The notes beneath the pieces were generated by a model. That model saw nothing but the letters and a program-made list of their open reading frames with translations, did not search any database and was not told the origin of the DNA. Positions 35,081 to 43,809 of a DNA stretch of 50,423 nt are shown piece by piece (the stretch's first letter is position 1; each line of letters starts with the position of its first letter). Location: positions 1 through 50,423 of the forward strand of contig CBFHQW010000001.1 of the NCBI GenBank assembly GCA_965658085.1, read 5' to 3'. The DNA is from Candidatus Thalassarchaeum sp. (GTDB lineage Archaea; Thermoplasmatota; Poseidoniia; Poseidoniales; Thalassarchaeaceae). The position numbers were made by a program, and so were the translations under genes.

Positions 35081-36745
35081 ATGGGCGACGTTCTGACTTC
35101 CCTAATGCTGTTCTGGGGGCTAATGCTACTTACCTACTTCTTGATGCAGAATGGACTCTCAATCTTCAACGATGTCACGAAGGCGATGTCTCACTTCATG
35201 CTCGAGAAGGCCTTAGGGCCAGGAATTGACTTAGTCGAAGGCAGGGATGGATCCGCTTCCAAGGCGTGGTTCATTCAGGGCATGCTCTGGCTAATCGCAG
35301 CATCTACACTGGTCTTTGAGGGCCTGTGGCTGAAGCAAGATCCAACGGCTCTGCACAGTCTTTCAGCATGGGGTTATGATCCGACCGCGAATTCACTCAT
35401 CTACGCATCCAACTACGCGGCACTATATGGTGGGATTGGGATGCTACTGATTGGCTCTAGCCTGCACATCATGCCTCGTCTTGCTGGCACCAAGCTCGCC
35501 AGTGAGAGGAATGCGACCCTAGTCTCATTTCTTTGGACACTGTCAGTCCTTGTCCTAGTTGTCGCTGCCCATGACTCTGAGATACTGGGTGTGAATATCT
35601 TCCTAATCGGAACCGGCATGCACGTCCTTGGCTTCATTGCCATCGTCATCAACCTGCTTCTAACTATATCCGAGAGACAGAGAGCACTACCAATTCCGGG
35701 ATGGCTCATCATCATGGGGATGCTAGCAGATCCGATATCCACAACTGCCACCATAATCACGGGCAGCATCCAGGCCGGAGCAGGTCAGTGGCTACTGGCT
35801 CACATGATTGGTGGTACCTTCTTCTTCGCCACAGCCGCAGGGGTCGCTTTGTACGTCTCGTCCAGCGCTTCGGGTAATCCGCTGTGGTCAAGGTCATTGG
35901 GGGCGGCCACACTGGTCGGTGCTCTGGCAACGATAAATCCGATAGGAGATAGTAATGGAATGATGGCTGCTGATATGCTAGGAGTCACCTTTGAGCAACT
36001 CCAACCCTCATCTCAGGACAGCATTGTCATAGCCTTCCTGATGGCTCTGGCGATAATCCCCATAATGGCTCTCGCAGCCAACGTCATGATGACACTCAGG
36101 GGTGGTGACGCCTTCATCGAAAACCCCGACTCAGCAGGTATCGCCGAGTTGAATCTGGGTGCCTCTATGCTGTTTCCGCTGGCCATAGCCTCGTTGTTCG
36201 TGCAGTCTGATGCCCTAGCGGCGACACCCGAACTCTCTGGCATGGCACCAACACTGCTTCTGATGGGAATCTGGCTCGTTCTAGTACCAATATCACTTGG
36301 AGCTGCACTACATCTGTTCCCTACAGTCACGGGCAGAAACCTTCTGTCACGCAATCGTGCCCGTTGGGCTTACTGGATGATGGGAGGCGGTGCCTTTCTC
36401 GGTCTCACGGTGTCGATGATGTCAGATTTGATTGACATGGCTCTGATTGAGGTCGCAGTGGATGACTCAAGCGCCCTAGCTGCAGATGTTCAGGCAGTGG
36501 GAGCAATTCTGTTCTATGGTGTTGCAGTTGGCGCCATCATGCACACTCTCAATGCAGTCAGTGGCTTGTTCCGGGGTGCTCGAGTTGTCACCGATAGAGC
36601 CACATCCAGCTCGATAACCACAGAAGCCTACTCTCTGGCCTCGCCTACTTCGGTAAGGAAGATCCTAGCAGGTGGGGCAAGCCTCGACACCACAGTGGTG
36701 CCTGTTGGGGAGAGTGACGATGCTGGTAGCGCCACCGAGTTGTGA
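35081..36745 (+). CDS. Polytopic membrane protein (about 12 or more helices), function unknown; faint heme-copper-oxidase subunit I-like pattern
   Basis: 554 aa, hydrophobic throughout. Weak resemblances are described in the findings. Confidence 0.6.
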   Translation: MGDVLTSLMLFWGLMLLTYFLMQNGLSIFNDVTKAMSHFMLEKALGPGIDLVEGRDGSASKAWFIQGMLWLIAASTLVFEGLWLKQDPTALHSLSAWGYDPTANSLIYASNYAALYGGIGMLLIGSSLHIMPRLAGTKLASERNATLVSFLWTLSVLVLVVAAHDSEILGVNIFLIGTGMHVLGFIAIVINLLLTISERQRALPIPGWLIIMGMLADPISTTATIITGSIQAGAGQWLLAHMIGGTFFFATAAGVALYVSSSASGNPLWSRSLGAATLVGALATINPIGDSNGMMAADMLGVTFEQLQPSSQDSIVIAFLMALAIIPIMALAANVMMTLRGGDAFIENPDSAGIAELNLGASMLFPLAIASLFVQSDALAATPELSGMAPTLLLMGIWLVLVPISLGAALHLFPTVTGRNLLSRNRARWAYWMMGGGAFLGLTVSMMSDLIDMALIEVAVDDSSALAADVQAVGAILFYGVAVGAIMHTLNAVSGLFRGARVVTDRATSSSITTEAYSLASPTSVRKILAGGASLDTTVVPVGESDDAGSATEL

Positions 36746-36805
36746 GCACCGGCAGACAACCGTCACCTTGAGAGCGAGAGCCCCACTTCACTTCTGAGGG
36801 ATGGC

Positions 36806-38089
36806 ATGCGTATAGGACTCGTCGGCAAGCCGAACGTGGGTAAATCCACTACATTCTCTACGATGACACAAACTCCGGTGGAAATCGCCAACTACCCGTT
36901 CACGACCATCGACCCAAACGTGGGCGTGGCATGGCTGCCCCTGCCCTCTGTGTGTGCTTGCTCCGAGTTGCGCAGAAGGAGAGAGCAGGCAGGAAGGCTC
37001 GAGGCGAACATCAAAGACGATCCGAGGCGGGGCAGCATCTGCACTCCAAAATCAGGTTCTTGCACCAATCATCGCCGACTGGTTCCGGTAACTCTCGTGG
37101 ACGTCGCTGGACTTGTCCCCGGAGCACATGAGGGTAAGGGTCGGGGCAATCAATTCCTTTCCGACCTTGCGAGGTGCGACGCCCTGATTCAGGTTGTGGA
37201 TGTATCTGGATCGACTGACATCGACGGGAATCCTGTCGGCAGCGGTGGCTCAGACCCAATCGAGGAACATAATTTTCTCATCGAGGAGCTTGAGGCGTGG
37301 ATAGCCGGAATACTCAGCATAGGATGGAAGCGCGGTGCCAGACGGGTGCAGGCTGAGGGTGATAGGGCTCTGATTGACTACGCTGTAGACCAACTCACCG
37401 GTATCGGCGCCTCCGAGCAGCATGTTGTAGCTGGATTCAACGCCGTACACTCCGAACACCCCAATGCCGATGTGCCCTGGAATTGGGGAGAGGCCGAGAT
37501 GAAGTCGATGTCATCGGCGATTCGCAGCGAACTGTTCCCGATTTCGGTCGCAGCAAACAAGGCAGATCTAGCAATGTCTGGTTCATGGACTCCCCTCGCA
37601 GAGATGATTCGGAGTGAGGGCGGCGTACTCGTTGCGACCAGCGCCGAGGCGGAACTGGCACTCAGCAGGGCCTCACAGGCCGGTCTAATCGAGCATAGCA
37701 TCGGAGAGACAGACTTCGAAATCACGCCTGAGGGAGAAGAGAGGCTATCGCAAACTCAGAGGAAGGCACTGACATCGATTACTGAATCTCTGGTTTGGGA
37801 AGGGGGTGGACTCGTCGGCCTGCTGTCTGAAGTGGTGTTCGGCACACTCTCGCGCAGGGTAGCGTACCCAGTTCAGGACGAGACCCACTGGGTTGACAGT
37901 GAAGGCAATGTCCTCCCTGACGCATTGTTAGTCGCTGAGGGAACCACAGCGAAAGGCCTCGCTTACGCGGTACACTCTGATCTCGGTGATGGCTTCATCA
38001 GAGCAGTTGATGCCAGATCATCGAGAGTCATTGGCGCCGAGCATGAAGTGCAGGACGGGGATGTTATCAGCATCTACGCTAGGACCTAA
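36806..38089 (+). CDS. Obg-family GTPase/ATPase of the archaeal YchF/DRG type with a C-terminal TGS domain
   Basis: G1 GKPNVGKST, G2 YPFTTIDPN, G3 DVAGLV, a Cys-containing insert (CAC...C...C) as in archaeal homologues, and a TGS-like end VQDGDVISIY. Confidence 0.8.
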   Translation: MRIGLVGKPNVGKSTTFSTMTQTPVEIANYPFTTIDPNVGVAWLPLPSVCACSELRRRREQAGRLEANIKDDPRRGSICTPKSGSCTNHRRLVPVTLVDVAGLVPGAHEGKGRGNQFLSDLARCDALIQVVDVSGSTDIDGNPVGSGGSDPIEEHNFLIEELEAWIAGILSIGWKRGARRVQAEGDRALIDYAVDQLTGIGASEQHVVAGFNAVHSEHPNADVPWNWGEAEMKSMSSAIRSELFPISVAANKADLAMSGSWTPLAEMIRSEGGVLVATSAEAELALSRASQAGLIEHSIGETDFEITPEGEERLSQTQRKALTSITESLVWEGGGLVGLLSEVVFGTLSRRVAYPVQDETHWVDSEGNVLPDALLVAEGTTAKGLAYAVHSDLGDGFIRAVDARSSRVIGAEHEVQDGDVISIYART

Positions 38090-38767
38090 TCAGGTCTCTA
38101 CGTCGATGACAGGCTGTAGTACCAATTCGTAGGTCATAGCGGTCCAAGTGATATCGTACTCCTCGTCAGAATCGACGATGGAACCTAGAGGGGATGGCGG
38201 AGAATTGATTTCAGCTGTAATCGTGGCAGCCCAGGTGCCTCTTCCTGTGCCACCATCCATCCACATTTCGTGCAGTTCCGATTCACTCATCCCGGTAGCC
38301 GTGTAGTTCGCTCCAGTGTAGTTCTGGGTGACATCCCATCGAAATGTGAAACCTGAGTCTCCTCCTGAGCAAGGCCCGTCAGCGGATTCATCTACGAACT
38401 CACCCTCGACCTGGCTGACGTCACTGCTGCCCTCTGCTCTGTCAGTGAAACCGGGTCCGGGGTCGTCGTTGTCATTGCAATCCACATCCAACTCGACATA
38501 TCCGATATTCAACTCAGACATGACGTCGAAGAAGGAGTCATGAGTATCTCCATCTCCTAATATTTGGGATTCCTGCATTATTATCGGAGTCTCAGCGAAT
38601 CCGACTTCCCAGTCACCAGAGGGGCCCGAAGAACCTCCTCCAATCATGTCGTCATCAAGCAATGAAGGCATCAACTGGAAGTACAACGGAAAGGCCAGCA
38701 TGAAAGCCACACTTATCCCGAGGATTCTCATCTTCCTCGGGGTGTTTACGAGGTCCTCAAAGTCCAT
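38090..38767 (-). CDS. N-terminally anchored extracytoplasmic acidic protein, function unknown
   Basis: TM helix ILGISVAFMLAFPLYF followed by an acidic soluble domain. Its stop abuts the stop of the convergent GTPase gene. Confidence 0.45.
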   Translation of the reverse strand: MDFEDLVNTPRKMRILGISVAFMLAFPLYFQLMPSLLDDDMIGGGSSGPSGDWEVGFAETPIIMQESQILGDGDTHDSFFDVMSELNIGYVELDVDCNDNDDPGPGFTDRAEGSSDVSQVEGEFVDESADGPCSGGDSGFTFRWDVTQNYTGANYTATGMSESELHEMWMDGGTGRGTWAATITAEINSPPSPLGSIVDSDEEYDITWTAMTYELVLQPVIDVET

Positions 38768-38875
38768 GCTACTCCCGTACCGCCGTCAGCACGCCCCCTA
38801 TCAAACACTCTCATTCTGCGTTTGTTACAGGTTCATTCACGAACTTATGTTTACTTCAGATACGAATTGCATGGT

Positions 38876-39991
38876 CTAGTGGTTGTGCTCACCACCGCCT
38901 TCACCCGCCGCCTCATCCCAGCACGAGTCTTCAGGGTCGCTAGCCGCCCCCTCCTCCTTCAGACAGGGGTGGTGGTTGGTGAAGACGTCGAATTCGGTTA
39001 GCCAAGGCTCGATAATCCATGCATGTGTCATCCAGTAATCGTCCAGATACACATTGGTTCCATCCCGATAATGGCAGTCCTCATCGCTGATGTCCTCGCC
39101 GACCGCTTGGAAACTGGAGTTGGTGAAACAGAGCGTTTCGTGGACATGCCACCAGTCGTTGTCACCAGGGAACCCAGAGGGAGGGTTCTCTGAGTCTGTC
39201 TGCACGTACCATGCGAACCCGACGAGTTCCGCATCCTGCGCGTTGCTGGCGTACATCAAGAACTCCGGGCGTTCGAAATCGAAATCATTGTCCATCCTAG
39301 TGCCTGAGAACTCGGGGTTGAGGGGGTCGAAGCCGTCATTCTCCATCGAGAAGTCACCTAGCCGGACGTGATGCGTGCCCATGCCCATGACGTAGTCCAC
39401 CGCCATGTGGAATCCGTCGGCCTCGGCCTCGGCAAGTGTGGGCCACTGCATTGCCCACGCGATCACGTCTTCGAACTGCTCTGAAACATCGATACAGTCC
39501 TGCCATGACAGCATCCCCTTCGTCATCCCGTGATAGGCGGGGGCGAGGTGGTCCCCGTGCTCTTGGCCATCGCCGTGACCGGTGCCAGTCGATTGGCACC
39601 ACCACGGGCGCATCGACATGTCAACCTCGGAATCCGCGCAACCGTCGCTGGCCGCAGTTTCATTGGCAGGAGTGGAGGGGCATGAGTCATCAGCGTCAAC
39701 GAGACCATCGCCATCACCGTCCCTCTCAGTCGCACTGCATCCGCTCTCGTCCACATCCTCGCTAATCGGGGTCTGCGTGCACATATCGTCCGCGTCCGAG
39801 ATATCATCCCCATCACCGTCCTTCTGGCTCGCCGAACAGCCGTTTTCATCTACTACTTCGCCGATAGGGGTCAGCGTGCACAGGTCCAGCACGTCAGAGA
39901 CACCATCGACATCCTCGTCTACAGGTCCCATGCAACCGGAGAGTGAACTGCCTAGCAGTAGCAGGAATAACAACACAGCTCTAAGATTCAC
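38876..39991 (-). CDS. Lipoprotein with thrombospondin type-3-like Ca-binding repeats and a His-rich C-terminal domain
   Basis: Lipobox LSGC. Repeats of D.DGD..SD..D.C (DVDGVSDVLDLC, DGDGDDISDADDMC, DGDGDGLVDADDSC). The C-terminal domain carries GMGTHH and WWHVHE. Confidence 0.6.
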   Translation of the reverse strand: MNLRAVLLFLLLLGSSLSGCMGPVDEDVDGVSDVLDLCTLTPIGEVVDENGCSASQKDGDGDDISDADDMCTQTPISEDVDESGCSATERDGDGDGLVDADDSCPSTPANETAASDGCADSEVDMSMRPWWCQSTGTGHGDGQEHGDHLAPAYHGMTKGMLSWQDCIDVSEQFEDVIAWAMQWPTLAEAEADGFHMAVDYVMGMGTHHVRLGDFSMENDGFDPLNPEFSGTRMDNDFDFERPEFLMYASNAQDAELVGFAWYVQTDSENPPSGFPGDNDWWHVHETLCFTNSSFQAVGEDISDEDCHYRDGTNVYLDDYWMTHAWIIEPWLTEFDVFTNHHPCLKEEGAASDPEDSCWDEAAGEGGGEHNH

Positions 39992-40024
39992 ACTTCGAAG
40001 AACGTACGATGGGTGATAAATCCA

Positions 40025-40528
40025 TCATTCAAACGAATCACTTCCTTTCCAGTCATTGATATCTACTCCTTCACCTTGGAACAGCACCCTTGAGCGTCTA
40101 TATTCTGGGAGAAAATACCCTATCATGGAACGCTCACCAAAACTCCATTTCCAAGGGCAGCGGGGGAGCGAATCACTCCATTCTCTCAATAATGAACTCC
40201 AACTTTCCAGTTCCATCCGGCGCGGAATCTCAAATGATACTGTGGATAGTCTCCCAGCCGAACCCGGAACGTAGGACCATGAGCGTATGGAGAGGCCGGC
40301 AGCCTCGCCATCTTCCACGACCAGTCCGATTACCCTCGCCTGCCTTGATATTGGGACGATGATGGCCCATCTGTGGACCATCCGCGACTCCTGAATCCGC
40401 CTCATATCCCATCCGTGCGCCTCTCCGATCTCGCGTAAAGCGCGGATGGCATCAGTAGGGGCGATGCTGACTGGAATCTCAAGTAGCCGGCTAGACGCCA
40501 TCGCCTCGGCCTCTAGGCTCTCGCCCAT
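40025..40528 (-). CDS. Hypothetical cytoplasmic protein
   Basis: 167-aa ORF downstream of rpl12 on the same strand. No motif recognised. Confidence 0.4.
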   Translation of the reverse strand: MGESLEAEAMASSRLLEIPVSIAPTDAIRALREIGEAHGWDMRRIQESRMVHRWAIIVPISRQARVIGLVVEDGEAAGLSIRSWSYVPGSAGRLSTVSFEIPRRMELESWSSLLREWSDSLPRCPWKWSFGERSMIGYFLPEYRRSRVLFQGEGVDINDWKGSDSFE

Positions 40529-40560
40529 AGCGGCTTCGCGTCAATTTGTGTTCTGCGGGA

Positions 40561-40875
40561 TTAGCCGAAGAGGGAGCCGAGGCCTTCGAAGCCAGCGTCC
40601 TCCTCCTCAGGCTCTTCCTCTGCAGCCGCTTCCTCAGCCGGAGCCGCCTCAGCGCCACCGCCGCCAGAGGCAGCAGGTGCGGCTGAAGCAACCGGAGCTG
40701 CCACGGCGGTAGCCATGGCCTCACCAATATCGACGGAGCCCAAAGATGCGACTAGAGCCTTAACTCGGCCTCCGTCAGCATCCACTCCAGCAGCGGTCAA
40801 AACCGCGCTTACAGCGTCTTCGTCAATATTCTTCTCAGCAGAGTGCAGTAACATTGCAGCATATACATATTCCAT
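40561..40875 (-). CDS. rpl12: Ribosomal stalk protein P1 (aL12)
   Basis: [17 protein letters not shown]... with an Ala/Glu-rich linker and the [12 protein letters not shown] tail. SD AAGGTGA lies upstream of ATG 40875. Confidence 0.92.
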   Translation of the reverse strand: MEYVYAAMLLHSAEKNIDEDAVSAVLTAAGVDADGGRVKALVASLGSVDIGEAMATAVAAPVASAAPAASGGGGAEAAPAEEAAAEEEPEEEDAGFEGLGSLFG

Positions 40876-40925
40876 TTTTTTCACCTTTTTTTATTTGAGG
40901 AATCACCCGGGCCGTTGAACTCGGC

Positions 40926-41873
40926 TTACTCCTCTTCCCCCTCTTCCACTCCGTCCGGTGCTTCAGCACCAGAATCCGAGTCAGCCGCATCGGAGGCGAC
41001 GGCGTCAGCGCCCGAGAGCGCTGAGGAATCTAATTGGCCAGAGATGGCCATAGCATGCGCGTTCGCGCGCGTAATGAACAGTGAAACAGTGTCATCATTG
41101 ACCACTCCAGCTTCTATGGCGACAGACATCGCCTCGCTGCTGGCCTTGGACAGCAGCGTGGGCATAGTGGTCGTTGAGAACCATCGTGTGTTACATGCCA
41201 AGTTGAAGGCGCCCGAGGTTGCTGAGATAACATCGTTCTTGAAACCGTCTAGATCGAGATTTAGGGATGAGGCAGGGAATACGATTCCACCCTCTACAGC
41301 TCCAGTCAGGATTAGCCCGATTTCTATCGGAGTTATTCCCAGTTTGGCCAGCATGATCCCAAGGTCGCCGGAGATAATTTCACCCTCGTTGACGACGGTA
41401 ACAGTCTTCTGGATGGCGACCTTGCCCTTGTCTATCTTGGCTGGTATGCCCACTGCGTTGAACTCACCCACGATAGGTCCCGGTCCGAACTCGGTCGGAC
41501 CTTTTTCGACCACAATGTCTGAGGGGGCCTTCTCACCCTCCTTAGCCGCGCGACCCTGACGGGTTTTATCGAGTTCAGCAAACAATTCGAATGAATTCAG
41601 ACTCTCAGAATGCACTATACAGGGCTGGACAGCTCCATCGAGCAGTGAGTTGAGACTATCTTCGGGCAAGCCGGCCTGTTCCCAAGCAATCCTAATCAGC
41701 GTCTTCTTGGCCATCGTCATCGTCATCCTGTCGCGCAGCGAGCTGCGCATGTCCAGCATGTTCCCGGCGGGTACTCCACCGATATCCACAATCCCGACGA
41801 TGCCATCGTTGGAGAGTATCTCTGTGAGTTCGGACACCCGGTCCTTCTTCCAAGGCGCCACCTTGGCCATCAT
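40926..41873 (-). CDS. rpl10: Ribosomal protein uL10 (P0)
   Basis: MMAKVAPWKKDRVSEL... with an acidic C-terminal tail. ATGA overlap with the rpl1 stop (41870-41873). Confidence 0.9.
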   Translation of the reverse strand: MMAKVAPWKKDRVSELTEILSNDGIVGIVDIGGVPAGNMLDMRSSLRDRMTMTMAKKTLIRIAWEQAGLPEDSLNSLLDGAVQPCIVHSESLNSFELFAELDKTRQGRAAKEGEKAPSDIVVEKGPTEFGPGPIVGEFNAVGIPAKIDKGKVAIQKTVTVVNEGEIISGDLGIMLAKLGITPIEIGLILTGAVEGGIVFPASSLNLDLDGFKNDVISATSGAFNLACNTRWFSTTTMPTLLSKASSEAMSVAIEAGVVNDDTVSLFITRANAHAMAISGQLDSSALSGADAVASDAADSDSGAEAPDGVEEGEEE

Positions 41874-42514
41874 TCGATTACCTCCACCTTGACGGAGGGC
41901 CCCATTGAGGTCTTGATGTAGCACGAGCGGATGTTCCCAGCTCCCCTCTCTAGTTTGCCAGTGACCCGGTTCCAGATTGCCATCGCGTTAGTGGTGAGGT
42001 CGTCGACCCCCTGCTCACGCGAGCCCATTGCGGTGTGGAAGGTGATACGGTCTCGTGATCTGACAATCGCAGTATCCTTGAGCCCGGCGGCAATCATTCC
42101 AGGGTCTAGATTAGGAGGGACTGGGCGAGGCATCTTGCCACGCGGCCCTAGTACAACACCGAGGAATCTTCCTACGGTTCCCATATGGGGTATCTCGGAC
42201 AAGAAGAAGTCACTCTTGTTGGCCATTTTGCGGGCTTGCTGTCGGTTACCACCCAAATCTTCGATGGTGGATGGATCTATGACGTTAATTCCGGCGGCCT
42301 TGGCTTTGGTTGCCATCTCGCCGCCAGCAAACATCGTGATGCGTATCGGTTTGCCCCTTCCGGTAGGCAGTCGAACCTCTTCCTGAATCCTGTTCGTTGG
42401 ATTCTTCAGATCAACGTCCCTGAGCGTGAAAGCAATTTCGACTGACTCGACGAACTTGCGCTCCGGCGATTCATCGAGAGCCTGTTGAATCGCGCTCTGA
42501 ATATTTTCTTGCAT
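41870..42514 (-). CDS. rpl1: Ribosomal protein uL1
   Basis: 214 aa, with ...RKFVESVEIAFTLRDVDLK... and GKMP.P typical of uL1. SD GGAGGTGG upstream. Confidence 0.9.
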   Translation of the reverse strand: MQENIQSAIQQALDESPERKFVESVEIAFTLRDVDLKNPTNRIQEEVRLPTGRGKPIRITMFAGGEMATKAKAAGINVIDPSTIEDLGGNRQQARKMANKSDFFLSEIPHMGTVGRFLGVVLGPRGKMPRPVPPNLDPGMIAAGLKDTAIVRSRDRITFHTAMGSREQGVDDLTTNAMAIWNRVTGKLERGAGNIRSCYIKTSMGPSVKVEVIE

Positions 42515-42567
42515 TTTTTCCCACCTCCGCGGTCAACGAGGTCTCCCTCTCCCGCAATTCGTGATTC

Positions 42568-42846
42568 TCAACTGAAATGTTCGCTAAACCTACCCTCACT
42601 CATCGCTTGTAAAGCATCCTTTGGTGCCATACCCTCGACATTCACTCTCATTGAGACACAAGTGCCCATAATCTCACGGCTTCGGGCGTATAGATTGGCA
42701 CCCGTAAGCCGGTCCTTCTGGTCCTCTGCCAACTTCTTGATCTGATCCATAGTCAGGTTCTCAGAAGACTCCTCCCAGGAGCCGTTGCACGTCTTCTGTC
42801 CGAGCATCTGAATCACCTTGTGTGGCGTTTCATTACGTGCAGACAT
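42568..42846 (-). CDS. rpl11: Ribosomal protein uL11, C-terminal (rRNA-binding) domain only
   Basis: ENLTMDQIKKLAEDQKDRLTGANLYARSREIMGTCVSMRVNVEG aligns to the archaeal L11 C-terminal domain (GNLTLEQVIKIAKMKKD...LGTCGSMGVTVEG). There is no GPPLGPALG N-terminal domain. SD AGGAGGA and an in-frame TAA lie just upstream of the ATG. Confidence 0.8.
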   Translation of the reverse strand: MSARNETPHKVIQMLGQKTCNGSWEESSENLTMDQIKKLAEDQKDRLTGANLYARSREIMGTCVSMRVNVEGMAPKDALQAMSEGRFSEHFS

Positions 42847-42904
42847 CGGTTATATCCTCCTGTTAGTGCGCCCCGCCGACCTGCTTTCCCTATTTGAGAG
42901 TGAT

Positions 42905-42924
42905 GCAACGCCCGTAGGGCGTGC
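42905..42924 (-). promoter_or_regulatory. Small GC-rich hairpin in the spt5-rpl11 spacer
   Basis: ACGCCC-GTA-GGGCGT (plus-strand reading), with two extra GC pairs across a bulge. Confidence 0.25.
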
Positions 42925-42932
42925 CTTCAGCA

Positions 42933-43799
42933 CTACTCAACGCGCTGGGTGACCCTAACTTGGTCGGCGCGTACTGTGAGAGCGACTGGCACTGCTGCTT
43001 CGAAGAGCTCGACAGTAACCTCTTCTTTCGACTCTGTCACACGGGTCACACGGGCCGCTTGACCTCGGAAGGCGCCGCCGTGAATCTCCACGATGCTACC
43101 CTCTTCGATGCCGGCAGTCGCCGCCTTGGGCTCAAGATAGGGAAGCACATCGCCTAGTGGCGACTCACCGCCGAGTACCTTGCGACAGTTCTTCATCGGC
43201 GTTGTGGAGACACCGACGCGACCGATGAGCTTCTCGACGTGATGTAGAGCTGAGGCTTCGACGAAGATGTAGCCACGCATGAAGTGGGGGCTGAGGACGC
43301 CGAAGATCTCGTCCTGAATTTCTTTGAGCGAACCAGTACCTGAGAGCCGGGCACGAACCTCCCTAGCTACGTTCTGCTCTTGACCAATGGAGGTCTTGAG
43401 GATGTAGAGGTAGGAAGCGACGTCGCCGTACATATCACGCAGTTGGGGGGTGGTGTAATCTCTCTCCTGAATGGTTCCCGGGTCAATCCACTCGCAGCCC
43501 TTGTACAGGCCACGAGCATCGACCTCCTCGACAGAGCTGACGAAGAGAAGTGGCGTGACTTCATTGAGTCGATTTTCGTAGGCTAGACCGCGGGCGCCGC
43601 CCGAACGTACGTACTGCAGATTGTCAGCCTCAATACCTGTGACCTCAGTTATCCTGGCCACCACTGCATCTAGATCCTCAGGGTCACCGATACCATAGAT
43701 ACCGTCCCAGGCGCCAGGGAAGTCTGCGACTCCATCGGCGCGCTGCATGAGCAACACTCTCTCTCCGTTTCGGATGTAGACCGTGAACGCATCTGACAT
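42933..43799 (-). CDS. spt5: Transcription elongation factor Spt5 (NGN + KOW) with an N-terminal Nudix-fold extension
   Basis: Residues ~131-288: LYILKTSIGQEQNVA...GYIFVEA (NGN), then GSIVEIHGGAFRGQAARVTRV...EVTVEL (KOW). Residues 1-~122: VYIRNGERVLLMQRA...PGAWDGIYGIGDPEDLDAVVARITEVTGIE...CEWIDP (Nudix-like). Confidence 0.85.
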   Translation of the reverse strand: MSDAFTVYIRNGERVLLMQRADGVADFPGAWDGIYGIGDPEDLDAVVARITEVTGIEADNLQYVRSGGARGLAYENRLNEVTPLLFVSSVEEVDARGLYKGCEWIDPGTIQERDYTTPQLRDMYGDVASYLYILKTSIGQEQNVAREVRARLSGTGSLKEIQDEIFGVLSPHFMRGYIFVEASALHHVEKLIGRVGVSTTPMKNCRKVLGGESPLGDVLPYLEPKAATAGIEEGSIVEIHGGAFRGQAARVTRVTESKEEVTVELFEAAVPVALTVRADQVRVTQRVE

Positions 43800-43809
43800 T
43801 TTTCTTACC

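Noticed and set aside
40915-41559. 214-aa ORF on the + strand, rich in Ser/Ala/Pro
   Set aside because: It lies entirely antisense to the clearly homologous uL10/P0 gene and has a low-complexity composition typical of a shadow ORF.
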